From an uncultured Candidatus Saccharibacteria bacterium (GTDB taxonomy: Bacteria > Patescibacteriota > Saccharimonadia > Saccharimonadales > CAYUUR01): 64,000 nt of DNA. Shown here in pieces: positions 28,301 to 37,704 of the stretch. The notes under the pieces are model-generated. The model saw only the letters and a program-made list of their open reading frames with translations. It made no database searches and was not told the DNA's origin. The DNA is taken from positions 94,010 through 158,009 of the forward strand of contig CAYUUR010000002.1 in the NCBI GenBank assembly GCA_964448075.1, read 5' to 3'. Both the position numbers and the translations under genes were made by a program. Position 1 is the first letter of the stretch. Every line of letters begins with the position of its first letter.

Positions 28301-29041
28301 CTAGCGTATTTCTTCAATGATGACTCGTTGCGGGAGTTCGTCTTTTGCGCCAAGGATTTTGGCAAAACAATAGCTATAGTCTGCTTTGAGCTCTGGCTCA
28401 CCTTCCTCGTTGGCGACAACAAGCAAAGGTGATTCGCCAGTACGCAGTTGTTGAATCTGCTCCGCCACCCATTCAGGCCGCAGCATATGGCTCGTGTCAC
28501 GACCATCCCTGTCCCAAAACGGCGTCGCCATACCAGAAGGTGCTGCGACCAATGTCTTACCGATCCGTCGGTCCAGCGACATACTATTCGCAAATTGTGC
28601 TGCTCCAGCCTTCACTGCCGTGTAAATCGGCTCAAGCTCACGCGGTGTCCATTGTGATGTCGAGGTTATAACGGTCAGTTCTGGTAATTCATCTTGCCGC
28701 TCAATCACCTTTTTGACCGTATAAATCAACCCGTTAAGTCCAATGTTTAACATATCCTCGATGCCCGCAATGCTAATTTCATCAATGTGGCCCTCTTGGT
28801 AAAAACCAGCAGCATAAACCAATGAGTCAATCGGAGCCTTCGGAAGCTGAGCTATAAACCCATCAACCTCAGAATAAAATGCCATATTTGGATCTTCCAG
28901 GTGTAAGTCACGAAAGCTAAAATCATCACCTTGGCTACGCCTATCGTGCCTGCCCGCTACAATTACATGACTGTCCTGACTCGCCTGTCGCGCAATCTCC
29001 AGCCCTAAGCCACTTGTTCCACCGATAATTAGTTCATTCAT
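28301..29041 (-). CDS. SDR family oxidoreductase
   Basis: IIGGTSGLGLEIA and YTAVKAG (YxxxK). ATG 29041 chosen because AAAGGA lies 9 nt upstream. Confidence 0.8.
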   Translation of the reverse strand: MNELIIGGTSGLGLEIARQASQDSHVIVAGRHDRRSQGDDFSFRDLHLEDPNMAFYSEVDGFIAQLPKAPIDSLVYAAGFYQEGHIDEISIAGIEDMLNIGLNGLIYTVKKVIERQDELPELTVITSTSQWTPRELEPIYTAVKAGAAQFANSMSLDRRIGKTLVAAPSGMATPFWDRDGRDTSHMLRPEWVAEQIQQLRTGESPLLVVANEEGEPELKADYSYCFAKILGAKDELPQRVIIEEIR

Positions 29042-29148
29042 TATTATGTATCCTTTCATTAGTTTGACACCGCACTAGTGTATACAACTACAAGCTTGTC
29101 TGCTTGATGCAATTATGATAAAATAATGACGTTTCTAACCTGTTTATC

Positions 29149-30246
29149 ATGATGAGTATACAATTTTGTCCAGGCCGCATGGCGGAAATGAAGCAGCTTA
29201 TCGATAGTTCGACCGATACGGCTGTTGTTGGCATGCCTGGCGTCGGTATCGCAACGTTCTTGATTGAACTCAGCAAACAACCCTATGGACTGATGATTTT
29301 TATCGACGCCCACGTACTGCCCCGCCACACGACTGATGACCTAGCCCGAGCCTTGTTACAAAGACTCGGCCAAGATATCGGCGACATGTCGCCTGATGAA
29401 GTCATCCGAGCTGTCGTTGCACGCCTAAAAGAGGCCTGCCAGCAGCATGAACGAATCGTCATCAGTATTGGCGGTTTTGATCAGCTCCAAGCGGAATTTG
29501 ATAAGGACTTCTTTCATACGCTCATGACTTTTAAGGGTGTCGATAAACAAAAGATCATCTACCTGTTTGGCGTTTGTAGGCGTCTTGATAGTTTCATCAC
29601 AGACAAGATGATCGACACTGACCTTAGGTTCTTTTCATCTGTTTATTACCTGAAACCCTACACACCAGATGATCTCCGCTTCCTCTTGCCAATATATGCA
29701 TCAACTGCAACACTGCAGCACCCAAGACTTAATGAGCTTATAGCGTACAGTGGCGGTAATTTTCAGTTCCTGCGCCTCCTCCTCGCCTCTCAGCGCCAAG
29801 ACAGACCAGTTGATGACCCGTTAATAAAACTGGCTTTTAGCAACATCTATAACTCATTGAGTAGCAAGCAAAAAACCTTGTTGAAGCAAATGGCACAAAA
29901 CGGTTCAAGTGACAAAACTGACGAGTTTCTACAAGGCGTTGGCATAATTATTCCTGACGGAAAGCGCTATAAAATCTTCTGCGAATTATTTGTCGATTGT
30001 GTTCGCGTTTATACGCAACCACGCCTGCCTGCCAAGGAGCAAAAATTATTCCGCTTACTCAAAAGAAACCTCGGCGAAATTGTACACAAAAACGAGATCA
30101 TGGATACATTGTGGCCAGATGGCAGCGGATCAGAGTGGGCATTGAATGCGCTCGTTTACCGCCTGCGTCGCCATCCCGCCTTCCAGTCACAACAGTACTC
30201 TATAGAAAACGCCAAAAAACTCGGCTACATCCTTACCAAAAACTAA
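29149..30246 (+). CDS. AAA-like NTPase domain (degenerate Walker A) fused to C-terminal OmpR/PhoB-type winged-helix DNA-binding domain
   Basis: VVGMPGVGIATFL (Lys of GK[ST] replaced by Ile). C-terminal LPAKEQKLFRLLKRNLGEIVHKNEIMDTLWPDGSGSEWALNALVYRLRR is Trans_reg_C-like. Confidence 0.6.
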   Translation: MMSIQFCPGRMAEMKQLIDSSTDTAVVGMPGVGIATFLIELSKQPYGLMIFIDAHVLPRHTTDDLARALLQRLGQDIGDMSPDEVIRAVVARLKEACQQHERIVISIGGFDQLQAEFDKDFFHTLMTFKGVDKQKIIYLFGVCRRLDSFITDKMIDTDLRFFSSVYYLKPYTPDDLRFLLPIYASTATLQHPRLNELIAYSGGNFQFLRLLLASQRQDRPVDDPLIKLAFSNIYNSLSSKQKTLLKQMAQNGSSDKTDEFLQGVGIIIPDGKRYKIFCELFVDCVRVYTQPRLPAKEQKLFRLLKRNLGEIVHKNEIMDTLWPDGSGSEWALNALVYRLRRHPAFQSQQYSIENAKKLGYILTKN

Positions 30247-30854
30247 ACTCGCAGGAGTCCTAGCTCAATCCAATCAGTGTTTCCAATTGTTTGGTGGCAT
30301 TCGTACTCCAAAGAAAAAGCATCACCTGCCAGCTCTCGTACCGTATCAACATCGTAATAATAGAACATACGGTCACCGAATTTATCCTGCTGCAAGCGCG
30401 GTTCGTACTTCTCACCTTCTTTCAGGGATACAAAGAACACTCCGCCTTTCCGGAGCGCCTTGGCAACTCGCGGAAATAGCTGGGCGTTTTCTTCGCGACT
30501 GAGGTGTAGTAGTGATGCGAACGCAAAAACAACATCAAGATTGTCTGGAAATACGTAATTCTGAGCCGTCTCATTCACAAAGTTAACATCGGGTAACTTC
30601 TGTCTCGCTAGCTTCAAAAGGCCTTTTGACGGCTCAACACCTTCGTACCATGTGACTCGATTAACTATCTCGGCCGCATCTCGCCCATCACCGCAACCAA
30701 TCTCAACTACTCGAAGAGCTGAATTAGCACCAGCCAGATCAATAGCACACTCAATGTCGTCAACACGAGGGCCAATGCCCTTAAAATAATCTGCTAACTG
30801 TTCGGCTGAATCATCGTAGGTTTCGATAGTTTTTGCTGCCCAGTTCTCTGCCAT
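30243..30854 (-). CDS. class I SAM-dependent methyltransferase
   Basis: VVEIGCGDGRDA motif I and DVVFAFASLLH. Confidence 0.8.
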   Translation of the reverse strand: MAENWAAKTIETYDDSAEQLADYFKGIGPRVDDIECAIDLAGANSALRVVEIGCGDGRDAAEIVNRVTWYEGVEPSKGLLKLARQKLPDVNFVNETAQNYVFPDNLDVVFAFASLLHLSREENAQLFPRVAKALRKGGVFFVSLKEGEKYEPRLQQDKFGDRMFYYYDVDTVRELAGDAFSLEYECHQTIGNTDWIELGLLRV

Positions 30855-30863
30855 TGTTGAGTC

Positions 30864-32126
30864 CTACTTTATGTAATCGTGGAGTTTTTTGGAGTCTTTG
30901 TGTTTGCGCAGTTTTGCCAGTGCTTTGGCTTCGATCTGACGGATGCGTTCGCGGGTGACAGAAAACTCTTGGCCAACTTCTTCCAAAGTATGTGATTTGC
31001 CGTCTTCCAGACCAAAACGTAGCTTGAGAATTTTTTGTTCGCGCTCAGTCAGGGCTGAAAGCATGTCTTTGACGTGCTCCTTGAGCAACTGGCCAGTTGC
31101 CGCTTCTTCCGGTGTGACGGTGTCTTCGTCTTCAATGAAGTCACCAAGCACCGAGTCTTCTTCGTCATCGCGGACAGAAGCATCGAGGCTCGAGATATCT
31201 TGCTTGATCTTCATGATGTGCTCAACCTTCTCTACGTCGATCTCCATCTCCTTGGCAATTTCTTCGTTGGTTGGCTCACGGTTCAATTCTTGCGTCAGAC
31301 GACGTTGAGTTCGGAGTAATTTGTTAATGGTCTCAACCATGTGTACAGGAATACGAATCGTGCGCGCTTGGTCGGCAATAGCACGCGTAATGGCCTGACG
31401 AATCCACCAGGTTGCATAGGTCGAGAATTTGAAGCCCTTGTCTGGGTCAAACTTTTCTACCGCACGGAGTAGACCAGTGTTGCCCTCTTGAATCAGGTCA
31501 AGCAGATCGAGTCCTCGGCCCACGTAACGCTTAGCAATAGAAACGACGAGGCGCATGTTAGCTTCCGCCATTTGATCTTTTGGCCGACTCAACTGTGCCG
31601 CTTCAGCGACGAGTTTCTTATAATCTTCTGCTTGCTGTTTTGTTCGGCTGGCAATACCACCGTCTTCATCTTTAAAGGCGGCAAGCTTGGCCTGAACCTT
31701 GCTGAGCTTTGGCTGGTTGGCCACAATCTGCTGGGCGAGGGTGAGCTCTTCTTCTGCAGTCAGTAGTGGAATCTTACCGATTTCACGCAAGTACAAACGG
31801 ACTGAATCGTCTGCAATATCGTCAAGATAAGCCTTGTCATCAAGGACGATCTCTTCCTCTTCTTCGTCTTCTGCCCAGACGTCAGTGAATTCAGCCGCTT
31901 TAGGGTCGGTTGCGCTGACAATGTTGAGGTTGAGGTCGGCGAGCTGCGTGTACAGCGCGTCGAGAACCTCAGTATTCTCAGGCACATCAGGAATCAGTGC
32001 AAAAATATCGCGCTGGTCAAGTTTACCCTCTTTCTTGGCTTGGGCGAGGAGTTTTTTCTGCAGATCTTCAATAGTTACTTCAACGATCTCTTCTGTTTTT
32101 TTAGCTTTCTTGGCTTGCTTGGGCAT
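30864..32126 (-). CDS. rpoD: RNA polymerase sigma factor RpoD (sigma70)
   Basis: Region 2 ([14 protein letters not shown]), region 3, and region 4.2 ([24 protein letters not shown]). Confidence 0.95.
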   Translation of the reverse strand: MPKQAKKAKKTEEIVEVTIEDLQKKLLAQAKKEGKLDQRDIFALIPDVPENTEVLDALYTQLADLNLNIVSATDPKAAEFTDVWAEDEEEEEIVLDDKAYLDDIADDSVRLYLREIGKIPLLTAEEELTLAQQIVANQPKLSKVQAKLAAFKDEDGGIASRTKQQAEDYKKLVAEAAQLSRPKDQMAEANMRLVVSIAKRYVGRGLDLLDLIQEGNTGLLRAVEKFDPDKGFKFSTYATWWIRQAITRAIADQARTIRIPVHMVETINKLLRTQRRLTQELNREPTNEEIAKEMEIDVEKVEHIMKIKQDISSLDASVRDDEEDSVLGDFIEDEDTVTPEEAATGQLLKEHVKDMLSALTEREQKILKLRFGLEDGKSHTLEEVGQEFSVTRERIRQIEAKALAKLRKHKDSKKLHDYIK

Positions 32127-33879
32127 TCACGTCTCCTTCGTTAGACAAATGTAATAAAGCATCGAGTGCTTTGGCTTGAGTGAGTAGTTTTTCTGTTTGT
32201 TCCTCGGTAGCTGCATCACGCAGTTGTTCAGCTATACCGACTTTTACGCGTTTTACGTATTGTTCTATCATGCGGACCTGCAATCGAGCGGCTTCGTAGC
32301 GAAGTTCCAAAATCTCGAGGTTCTGATAGAGCTCTTCAAATATGACTGCCAGCATTTTGACATAATCAGCGATATTATTCAACTCTTTGCTCTCTGGAGA
32401 CTTACCGTCGAACGTCGGATTACGCTGCAAAAAGTCTAACAGCGCCTGAGCATCGGCTTCAGGAAGCATTTCTTGGGTAAGCTTCATAAGGTATTCACGG
32501 GCATTTGGCACCATAAAGGTCAGTGCCAACAGATGGTTTTGGGTGCGTATCGCCTCCGCCTGGCTCAGATCGACTTTGGGTGGAGTCACATTGCGTTTTC
32601 GCGGTGGCGCGCTGACGGTGCCGCGCATCTTTGACTGCATAGCTTCTTTACTCACGCCAATAACTTTGGCGGCTTTTTCCATAAAGTGCTCTTGTTCTAC
32701 CTCATCGTTCAAGCTTTTTATAGTACGCACCATAATCGTACTGAACTCGCGCTTTCCCTGAGCAGTCTGCAAATCAAGCTCACGCTGATAGTGATCCATC
32801 AACCAATCGAGTGCATAGACTGGTTTTTCTACAGCTTGCTGCCATAGTTTTGGGTCTTTCTGAATCAGCTCGTCTGGATCCTTAGCATCATCACCTATCG
32901 GTACCATGCTCAAATTAGCGCCAACTTTGCTGGCAATAGGTATGGCGCGTTCTGTCGCCTGCAATCCAGCGTTATCTTGGTCATACGCCAGCCTTATATC
33001 TGGCGTAAAACGCACTAATGCCTTAAGGTGTTGTTCTGTCATAGCTGTACCCGCGGTCGCAACCGTTTCGGTTACACCAACTTGATGGCTCGCCACTACA
33101 TCCATATTGCCCTCTACTACAACCGCGTACTTTTTCTTGCGGATAGCGTCCTTGGCTAGATGCAAGCCAAAAACGTGCCGTGATTTGTCGTACAACGGCG
33201 ACTGTGGCGTGTTGAGGTACTTTGGAGCGTTTGGAGTGTCCTCTAGTAACCGACCCGTAAAACCAATAACATTGCCGGTCGCATCCATCAGCGGGATCAT
33301 AATTCGCCCCCGGAACATATCGCCAAGCTGTCGACGCTGCGTGCTGAGGCCGCCCTTTTTGAGTTCATCGGCAGTAAAACCCTTACCGAGCAAAAACTTG
33401 GTTAACGCCTCCCCGTTGTTGGGCGCATAGCCAATCCGAAAACTCAGGGCCGTTTTCTTATCGAGCCTTCTTTTTTTGAAGATATACTCAAGCGCGTCTT
33501 GGTGCTTACTGAACTGTACTTGGTAGAACTTAGCGGCAAGATCATGTGCCTGAAGCAAGCGTTCTTTGAGTTGCGTGTTGCCGCCTGATGTACGCTGATA
33601 CTGGCTAAGGTCTACACCAGCCTTGCGGGCCAATTGTTCCAGTGCAGTTTTAAAGTCGATGCCCTCCATCTCCATAACAAAACTAAAGAGGTTGCCACCT
33701 TTGCCAGATGAAAAATCATGCCAAATCTGCTTCTCGGGGCTAATCATCAAACTCGGTGTCTTTTCATTACTAAATGGGCTCAGCGCCTTGAAGTTACGCC
33801 CTGCCCGTTTCAGCTCGACGTATTCACTGGCTACATCCTCGATAGACAACCGGCTCTTAACTTCCTCAACCGCATCCAT
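32101..33879 (-). CDS. dnaG: DNA primase
   Basis: TOPRIM/RNA-pol core ([17 protein letters not shown]). The N-terminal zinc-binding-domain scaffold is present but without Cys/His ligands. dnaG-rpoD order with a 26-nt overlap. Confidence 0.9.
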   Translation of the reverse strand: MDAVEEVKSRLSIEDVASEYVELKRAGRNFKALSPFSNEKTPSLMISPEKQIWHDFSSGKGGNLFSFVMEMEGIDFKTALEQLARKAGVDLSQYQRTSGGNTQLKERLLQAHDLAAKFYQVQFSKHQDALEYIFKKRRLDKKTALSFRIGYAPNNGEALTKFLLGKGFTADELKKGGLSTQRRQLGDMFRGRIMIPLMDATGNVIGFTGRLLEDTPNAPKYLNTPQSPLYDKSRHVFGLHLAKDAIRKKKYAVVVEGNMDVVASHQVGVTETVATAGTAMTEQHLKALVRFTPDIRLAYDQDNAGLQATERAIPIASKVGANLSMVPIGDDAKDPDELIQKDPKLWQQAVEKPVYALDWLMDHYQRELDLQTAQGKREFSTIMVRTIKSLNDEVEQEHFMEKAAKVIGVSKEAMQSKMRGTVSAPPRKRNVTPPKVDLSQAEAIRTQNHLLALTFMVPNAREYLMKLTQEMLPEADAQALLDFLQRNPTFDGKSPESKELNNIADYVKMLAVIFEELYQNLEILELRYEAARLQVRMIEQYVKRVKVGIAEQLRDAATEEQTEKLLTQAKALDALLHLSNEGDVNAQASQES

Positions 33880-33988
33880 GGTTATAGGGTATAGGTGTTA
33901 GGGGTTAGGGGCAAGCTTTAGGGGTGTGTGTCAGTAGGTTTTTGCGTAACCACCTGCTCTGCGCTAGACCGTAACCATCAAAACCTTT

Positions 33989-34630
33989 ATGATTATGTGT
34001 ATGAATCAAGTTACTCCCCCGGACGGCTCAGACCCGTACGGCTTTATCCTTAACGACCCACCAAAGAAAAAACGCGCCTTGTTGCCCCAGGGCAGCTCCA
34101 AAAAGCAACGATTAATCATTATGGCTGGCGTGGCAATAGCTGCGCTAACGCTGTTTATACTCATTTTTTCGCTTATTTTTGGTAATCGTGGCGACAGCGT
34201 CAAAAACATTAAGATGGTCGCCGCTCAGCAACAAGAGATTATTCGTATCGCACAGTTAGGTGAAAAACAAGCTCGCTCCGCCAAAACACAAAGCTTTGCC
34301 ATCAGTACCAAGCTATCTATCACCAGTTCGCAGCAGCAAGTTTTTGCTTACCTTACCAAGAAAGACCAGATGCCAAAAGGCAAAGAGCTCGGGCTTGCCC
34401 AGAGCAGCAAGAACGACACAATCTTGCAAACAGCCACGGATAACGGCCAGTTTGATGAAGTCTTTGAAGAGACCATGACGACCCTTTTACAGAGTTACCA
34501 GAAGAGTCTATCCAAGTATTACGACAGTGCTTCAAGCGCAACGCAGAAACAACTCCTCCAAGATGCCTACGTCCAGGCCAAACAGCTGACCACTGAGCAA
34601 TCCGCCGAAGATTCTACAACTACACCCTAG
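33989..34630 (+). CDS. single-pass membrane-anchored hypothetical protein
   Basis: LIIMAGVAIAALTLFILIFSLIF TM segment followed by a Q/S-rich helical domain. The start could be ATG 34001. Confidence 0.5.
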   Translation: MIMCMNQVTPPDGSDPYGFILNDPPKKKRALLPQGSSKKQRLIIMAGVAIAALTLFILIFSLIFGNRGDSVKNIKMVAAQQQEIIRIAQLGEKQARSAKTQSFAISTKLSITSSQQQVFAYLTKKDQMPKGKELGLAQSSKNDTILQTATDNGQFDEVFEETMTTLLQSYQKSLSKYYDSASSATQKQLLQDAYVQAKQLTTEQSAEDSTTTP

Positions 34631-34696
34631 CTATTTAGCTACTAAATCATACGAAAGGCGGATGAATCCTTGGATTTCTTCGCGGCTTCGCCTTAT

Positions 34697-34771
34697 GAGA
34701 CAAACCTAGCGGTTTTTCTCATCGCGCGGTGTGTCGAAATAAATTCGTCACGCCGGCTGCTCTTTTCCCTT
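34697..34771 (-). repeat. copy 2 of the ~75-nt structured interspersed repeat
   Basis: The reverse complement reads AAGGGAAAAGAGCAGCC...GACGAAtttatTTCGAC...GAGAAAAACCgctaGGTTTGTCTC. Flanked by 44-bp direct repeats at 34638-34681 and 34776-34819. Confidence 0.85.
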
Positions 34772-35086
34772 GCTCGCTACTAAATCATACGAAAGACGGA
34801 TGAATCCTTGGATTTCTTCCCAGGGGAGCTGACCACTGAGGATGATGGTATTCCAATGTTTTTTGTTGAGATGATACCCGGGCAAGACCGTTTCGTACTT
34901 CTCACGCAAGGTCGTCGCCAATAGCGGATCGCATTTGAGACTAATCCGTACTGGGTTGGTTTTTTCTGGAATGAGCGCGAACATCTTGTCGTTCACTTTG
35001 TATACTGCTACGCCCTCACCAAAAGGATAATCAAGCACCGCGTTTGGCATGCTCAGTAGATATTCCTCTACTGTCTTATGATCCAT
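34748..35086 (-). CDS. MmcQ/YjbR-family protein (3' end altered by repeat insertion)
   Basis: MPNAVLDYPFGEGVAVYKVNDKMFALI ... LNKKHWNTIIL pattern. The last 7 codons (SKGKEQPA) are encoded by the inserted repeat. Confidence 0.75.
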   Translation of the reverse strand: MDHKTVEEYLLSMPNAVLDYPFGEGVAVYKVNDKMFALIPEKTNPVRISLKCDPLLATTLREKYETVLPGYHLNKKHWNTIILSGQLPWEEIQGFIRLSYDLVASKGKEQPA

Positions 35087-35630
35087 TTTTAAACCACTCT
35101 AAATAATGTTGCAGTTCAGCGACGCTTGCCTGTATATCATCAAAAGCGCGGTGAGCGTTGTTCTTCTCAAACACCTCGCCGTACTTGCCCTGCATGACGA
35201 TTTTGAAGCTCGACACATCCAGCATTCGATAATGCAGCTTGAGGTCAAGCTCTGGCATCCATTGTTTGATAAATAACCTGTCGTTATAGATTGAATTGCC
35301 TGCTAAGATTGCTGGCTCACCGTTGAAATGCTTGTCGACCAAGGCAATCAGTTCGTTTTCGACTTCTTTCATAGGCTTAGCATCATCAAGGCCGTTAATG
35401 AAGGCGTCGCGGTTTTCCGGATAATCTTTGTACCAAATGTTGGCTTGCAGACGTTTCACCACGACGTCACGTTTTTGCTTAACGCACGCTTCGTAGCTCT
35501 CAAGGGTCTTAAAGTCAAAATCTGTTATCTCTGCGGCAACTTCTAAGATCACGTCCTTGAGCGGATCAAGACCGGTCATCTCAAGATCAACCCACAATAG
35601 TCTGGTTGGAATCACATCTGCTGTCTTCAT
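35076..35630 (-). CDS. orn: oligoribonuclease (DEDDh 3'-5' exoribonuclease)
   Basis: LLWVDLEMTGLDP, SIYNDRLFI and HRAFDDIQASVAEL. Confidence 0.85.
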   Translation of the reverse strand: MKTADVIPTRLLWVDLEMTGLDPLKDVILEVAAEITDFDFKTLESYEACVKQKRDVVVKRLQANIWYKDYPENRDAFINGLDDAKPMKEVENELIALVDKHFNGEPAILAGNSIYNDRLFIKQWMPELDLKLHYRMLDVSSFKIVMQGKYGEVFEKNNAHRAFDDIQASVAELQHYLEWFKNGS

Positions 35631-35646
35631 TGCCTTACAGTATACC

Positions 35647-36030
35647 TTACTTGGCTTTTTTGAATTCTAGTGCTGCAGAATTGATGCAATAGCGCTGCCC
35701 TGTTGGCTGGTCAGTGGCATCATTGAACACATGCCCAAGGTGACCACCACAGCTTTGACAGACAACTTCAGTACGCTCCATTCCGAGCGAACTATCAGGG
35801 ACGAGCTTAACGTTCCCTTGGCTTACTACGTCATAAAAACTTGGCCACCCACTCCCTGAATCGAATTTGTGTTCGCTACTGAATAACGGTGTGCCGCAGG
35901 CCGCGCATGTATACATTCCTGTGTCCGTGTTATGTAGTAACTCTCCGGTAAACGGCGCTTCTGTCCCTTTTTCGCGCAGTACTTTGTACTGGGCGGGCGT
36001 AAGTTTGTCTTTCCAGTTATCGTCATTCAT
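35647..36030 (-). CDS. msrB: peptide-methionine (R)-S-oxide reductase
   Basis: Starts [29 protein letters not shown]. Contains CAACGTPLF and [12 protein letters not shown] zinc cysteines and the RYCINSAAL catalytic Cys. The track's upstream extension is rejected. Confidence 0.9.
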   Translation of the reverse strand: MNDDNWKDKLTPAQYKVLREKGTEAPFTGELLHNTDTGMYTCAACGTPLFSSEHKFDSGSGWPSFYDVVSQGNVKLVPDSSLGMERTEVVCQSCGGHLGHVFNDATDQPTGQRYCINSAALEFKKAK

Positions 36031-36307
36031 CGTTTTTACCTTTATCTCCCCAGCGCCAGCCAGGTTTTTCGCCTCTTTTATATGATAGGACAACCAGGCA
36101 GAGACAGGTCGATGCGAACCACAGAGCATAAACGAACGTTTCTTGTGTCGTTTCTGGCTCACCACCATAAAACAATAGTGACCCAATCACCAAAACCGAC
36201 ACGAACACCGCTACCGAAAGCCACCCCTGCCAAGATGCTGGCGTCCAACCCCAACCGTAGCGCTTTGCTTGAAACCATAGTTTTTTGTCCTTTGCAGGTT
36301 TGTTCAC
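36023..36307 (-). CDS. small membrane protein, hypothetical
   Basis: 94 aa with two TM stretches. Its stop overlaps the msrB start by 8 nt and its start overlaps the mscL stop by 4 nt. Confidence 0.5.
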   Translation of the reverse strand: MNKPAKDKKLWFQAKRYGWGWTPASWQGWLSVAVFVSVLVIGSLLFYGGEPETTQETFVYALWFASTCLCLVVLSYKRGEKPGWRWGDKGKNDE

Positions 36308-36711
36308 TTTGGTTTGTCCAGTTTTTCTAGGCGCAATACTTTGTAGACGATATAAATAACCGCCGCTACCATCACAAAACTAATCAGCACATCAATGAAT
36401 GTTCCATACGTAAAGCGTGCTGATTTTGAAGCGATCGTAACCGTGACTGTCTTGCTTGATAGTGAGCCCGACCCCGGCAAAACCAAACCTAATAGTGGAT
36501 TAATAAAGCTCGCAACGAACTGATCAACTAGGGCTTTCACTTGAAGGCCTAGCACCAAACCAATAGCCAGACCAACCACACCTTGCTGACGAATGAACTC
36601 AATGAATCCACTGAAATGCTGACCAGACCGACTTGCCGCAGCACGCTCCTTGATACGTTTCGCGCGCATTTGTGCAGCGGTAAGTTGTGGGGCTTTCTTT
36701 TTTGTTGCCAA
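36304..36711 (-). CDS. mscL: large-conductance mechanosensitive channel
   Basis: FIEFIRQQGVVGLAIGLVLGLQVKALVDQFVASFINPLLG aligns with the MscL TM1 region. There is a ~30-aa basic N-terminal extension. Confidence 0.85.
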   Translation of the reverse strand: MATKKKAPQLTAAQMRAKRIKERAAASRSGQHFSGFIEFIRQQGVVGLAIGLVLGLQVKALVDQFVASFINPLLGLVLPGSGSLSSKTVTVTIASKSARFTYGTFIDVLISFVMVAAVIYIVYKVLRLEKLDKPK

Positions 36712-36720
36712 TGAACGCTC

Positions 36721-37146
36721 CTATCGAACCAATCCCAGAACGGCGCCCATCACCGCCAAAGCAACAACATCACCGCTGGTAGTAATAAGGATATAATCGG
36801 TAGACTTCATCTCGAACAATGTGTGCATGACTTTATTACTCACTACAAAACCAAGTGCCACTAATGCACCCAACAACGCCCCATCAACCACGCCTTCAAG
36901 CGCCAACACATCAAATACGACTGCGAGAGCAACCGCCGATACGAGCACGCTAAGCGCCCCGCCGCCCATAGTTTTGACCATGTTTGGATTCTCAACGTCT
37001 TTTGCGCTTAGGCCAGCGCCCTTCATCCAGCGCTTGCCAAAGACTGCTTGCGAATACCAGATAGCTCCACAAGCAAACGATGCGACTGCGGAAAGCACCA
37101 CCGCCAGCCAGTTTAGTTCCCCTACGTAATCTAAGAGTACATCCAT
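36721..37146 (-). CDS. DUF1761-like membrane protein
   Basis: NWLAVVLSAVASFACGAIWYSQAVFGKRWMKGAGLS pattern, 4 TM. Confidence 0.65.
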   Translation of the reverse strand: MDVLLDYVGELNWLAVVLSAVASFACGAIWYSQAVFGKRWMKGAGLSAKDVENPNMVKTMGGGALSVLVSAVALAVVFDVLALEGVVDGALLGALVALGFVVSNKVMHTLFEMKSTDYILITTSGDVVALAVMGAVLGLVR

Positions 37147-37197
37147 GACTCATTCTCCCTTTAATTTATGCTTTTGATTATACGCTGCCTATGCAAG

Positions 37198-37704
37198 TTA
37201 CGGGACAATTTCTATAACCCCAAGTAGCGCCTCTGCTTTTTTTGCCGGCTCCTTGAACACATAGCCATCACGCTTGAGTACTTTATACTTCTCGTACATG
37301 TGCATGACGCTTTTTAGTTTGCTCCGGTCATATACAAGCCAGATATCCATTTTGTTGTGTTTGTGATCTTTTGGTACCCAAACGTGAAAACCTTTGAGAA
37401 TAAAGAGACTTAGGTATTTGCCTGGTTTAACAACACACACCCTGCCAAAAAAATCGATGTGTTTTTTGTCGATGTTCTCATACCTATCTCCTACTCGGTC
37501 TGGATCATACCGATCAGTGCCGTTCTTGAGTATATCGGCTACGAGCTGAGCCTTGGAGCGATCATGTGCCGATGGGCTGACGGCTCTCAGAACAATTTTT
37601 TGCCCGTTGAAGTTATCAACCAAAGCCTGGTCAATTTTGCGCGCCACCGCATGAACATCAAGATTATTGAGGTCATACTCTGGAATGGCAACCCTAACAC
37701 GCAT
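37198..37704 (-). CDS. hypothetical protein
   Basis: 168-aa ORF. Its start overlaps the argS stop by 1 nt. No motif recognised. Confidence 0.5.
   Translation of the reverse strand: MRVRVAIPEYDLNNLDVHAVARKIDQALVDNFNGQKIVLRAVSPSAHDRSKAQLVADILKNGTDRYDPDRVGDRYENIDKKHIDFFGRVCVVKPGKYLSLFILKGFHVWVPKDHKHNKMDIWLVYDRSKLKSVMHMYEKYKVLKRDGYVFKEPAKKAEALLGVIEIVP

Noticed and set aside
34638-34819. Diversity-generating retroelement (VR/TR pair) as an explanation of the 44-bp repeat at the gene's 3' end.
   Set aside because: There is only one mismatch (G/A) and no adenine-specific pattern. No reverse transcriptase or accessory gene is in the window, and the same repeat core occurs at unrelated loci.
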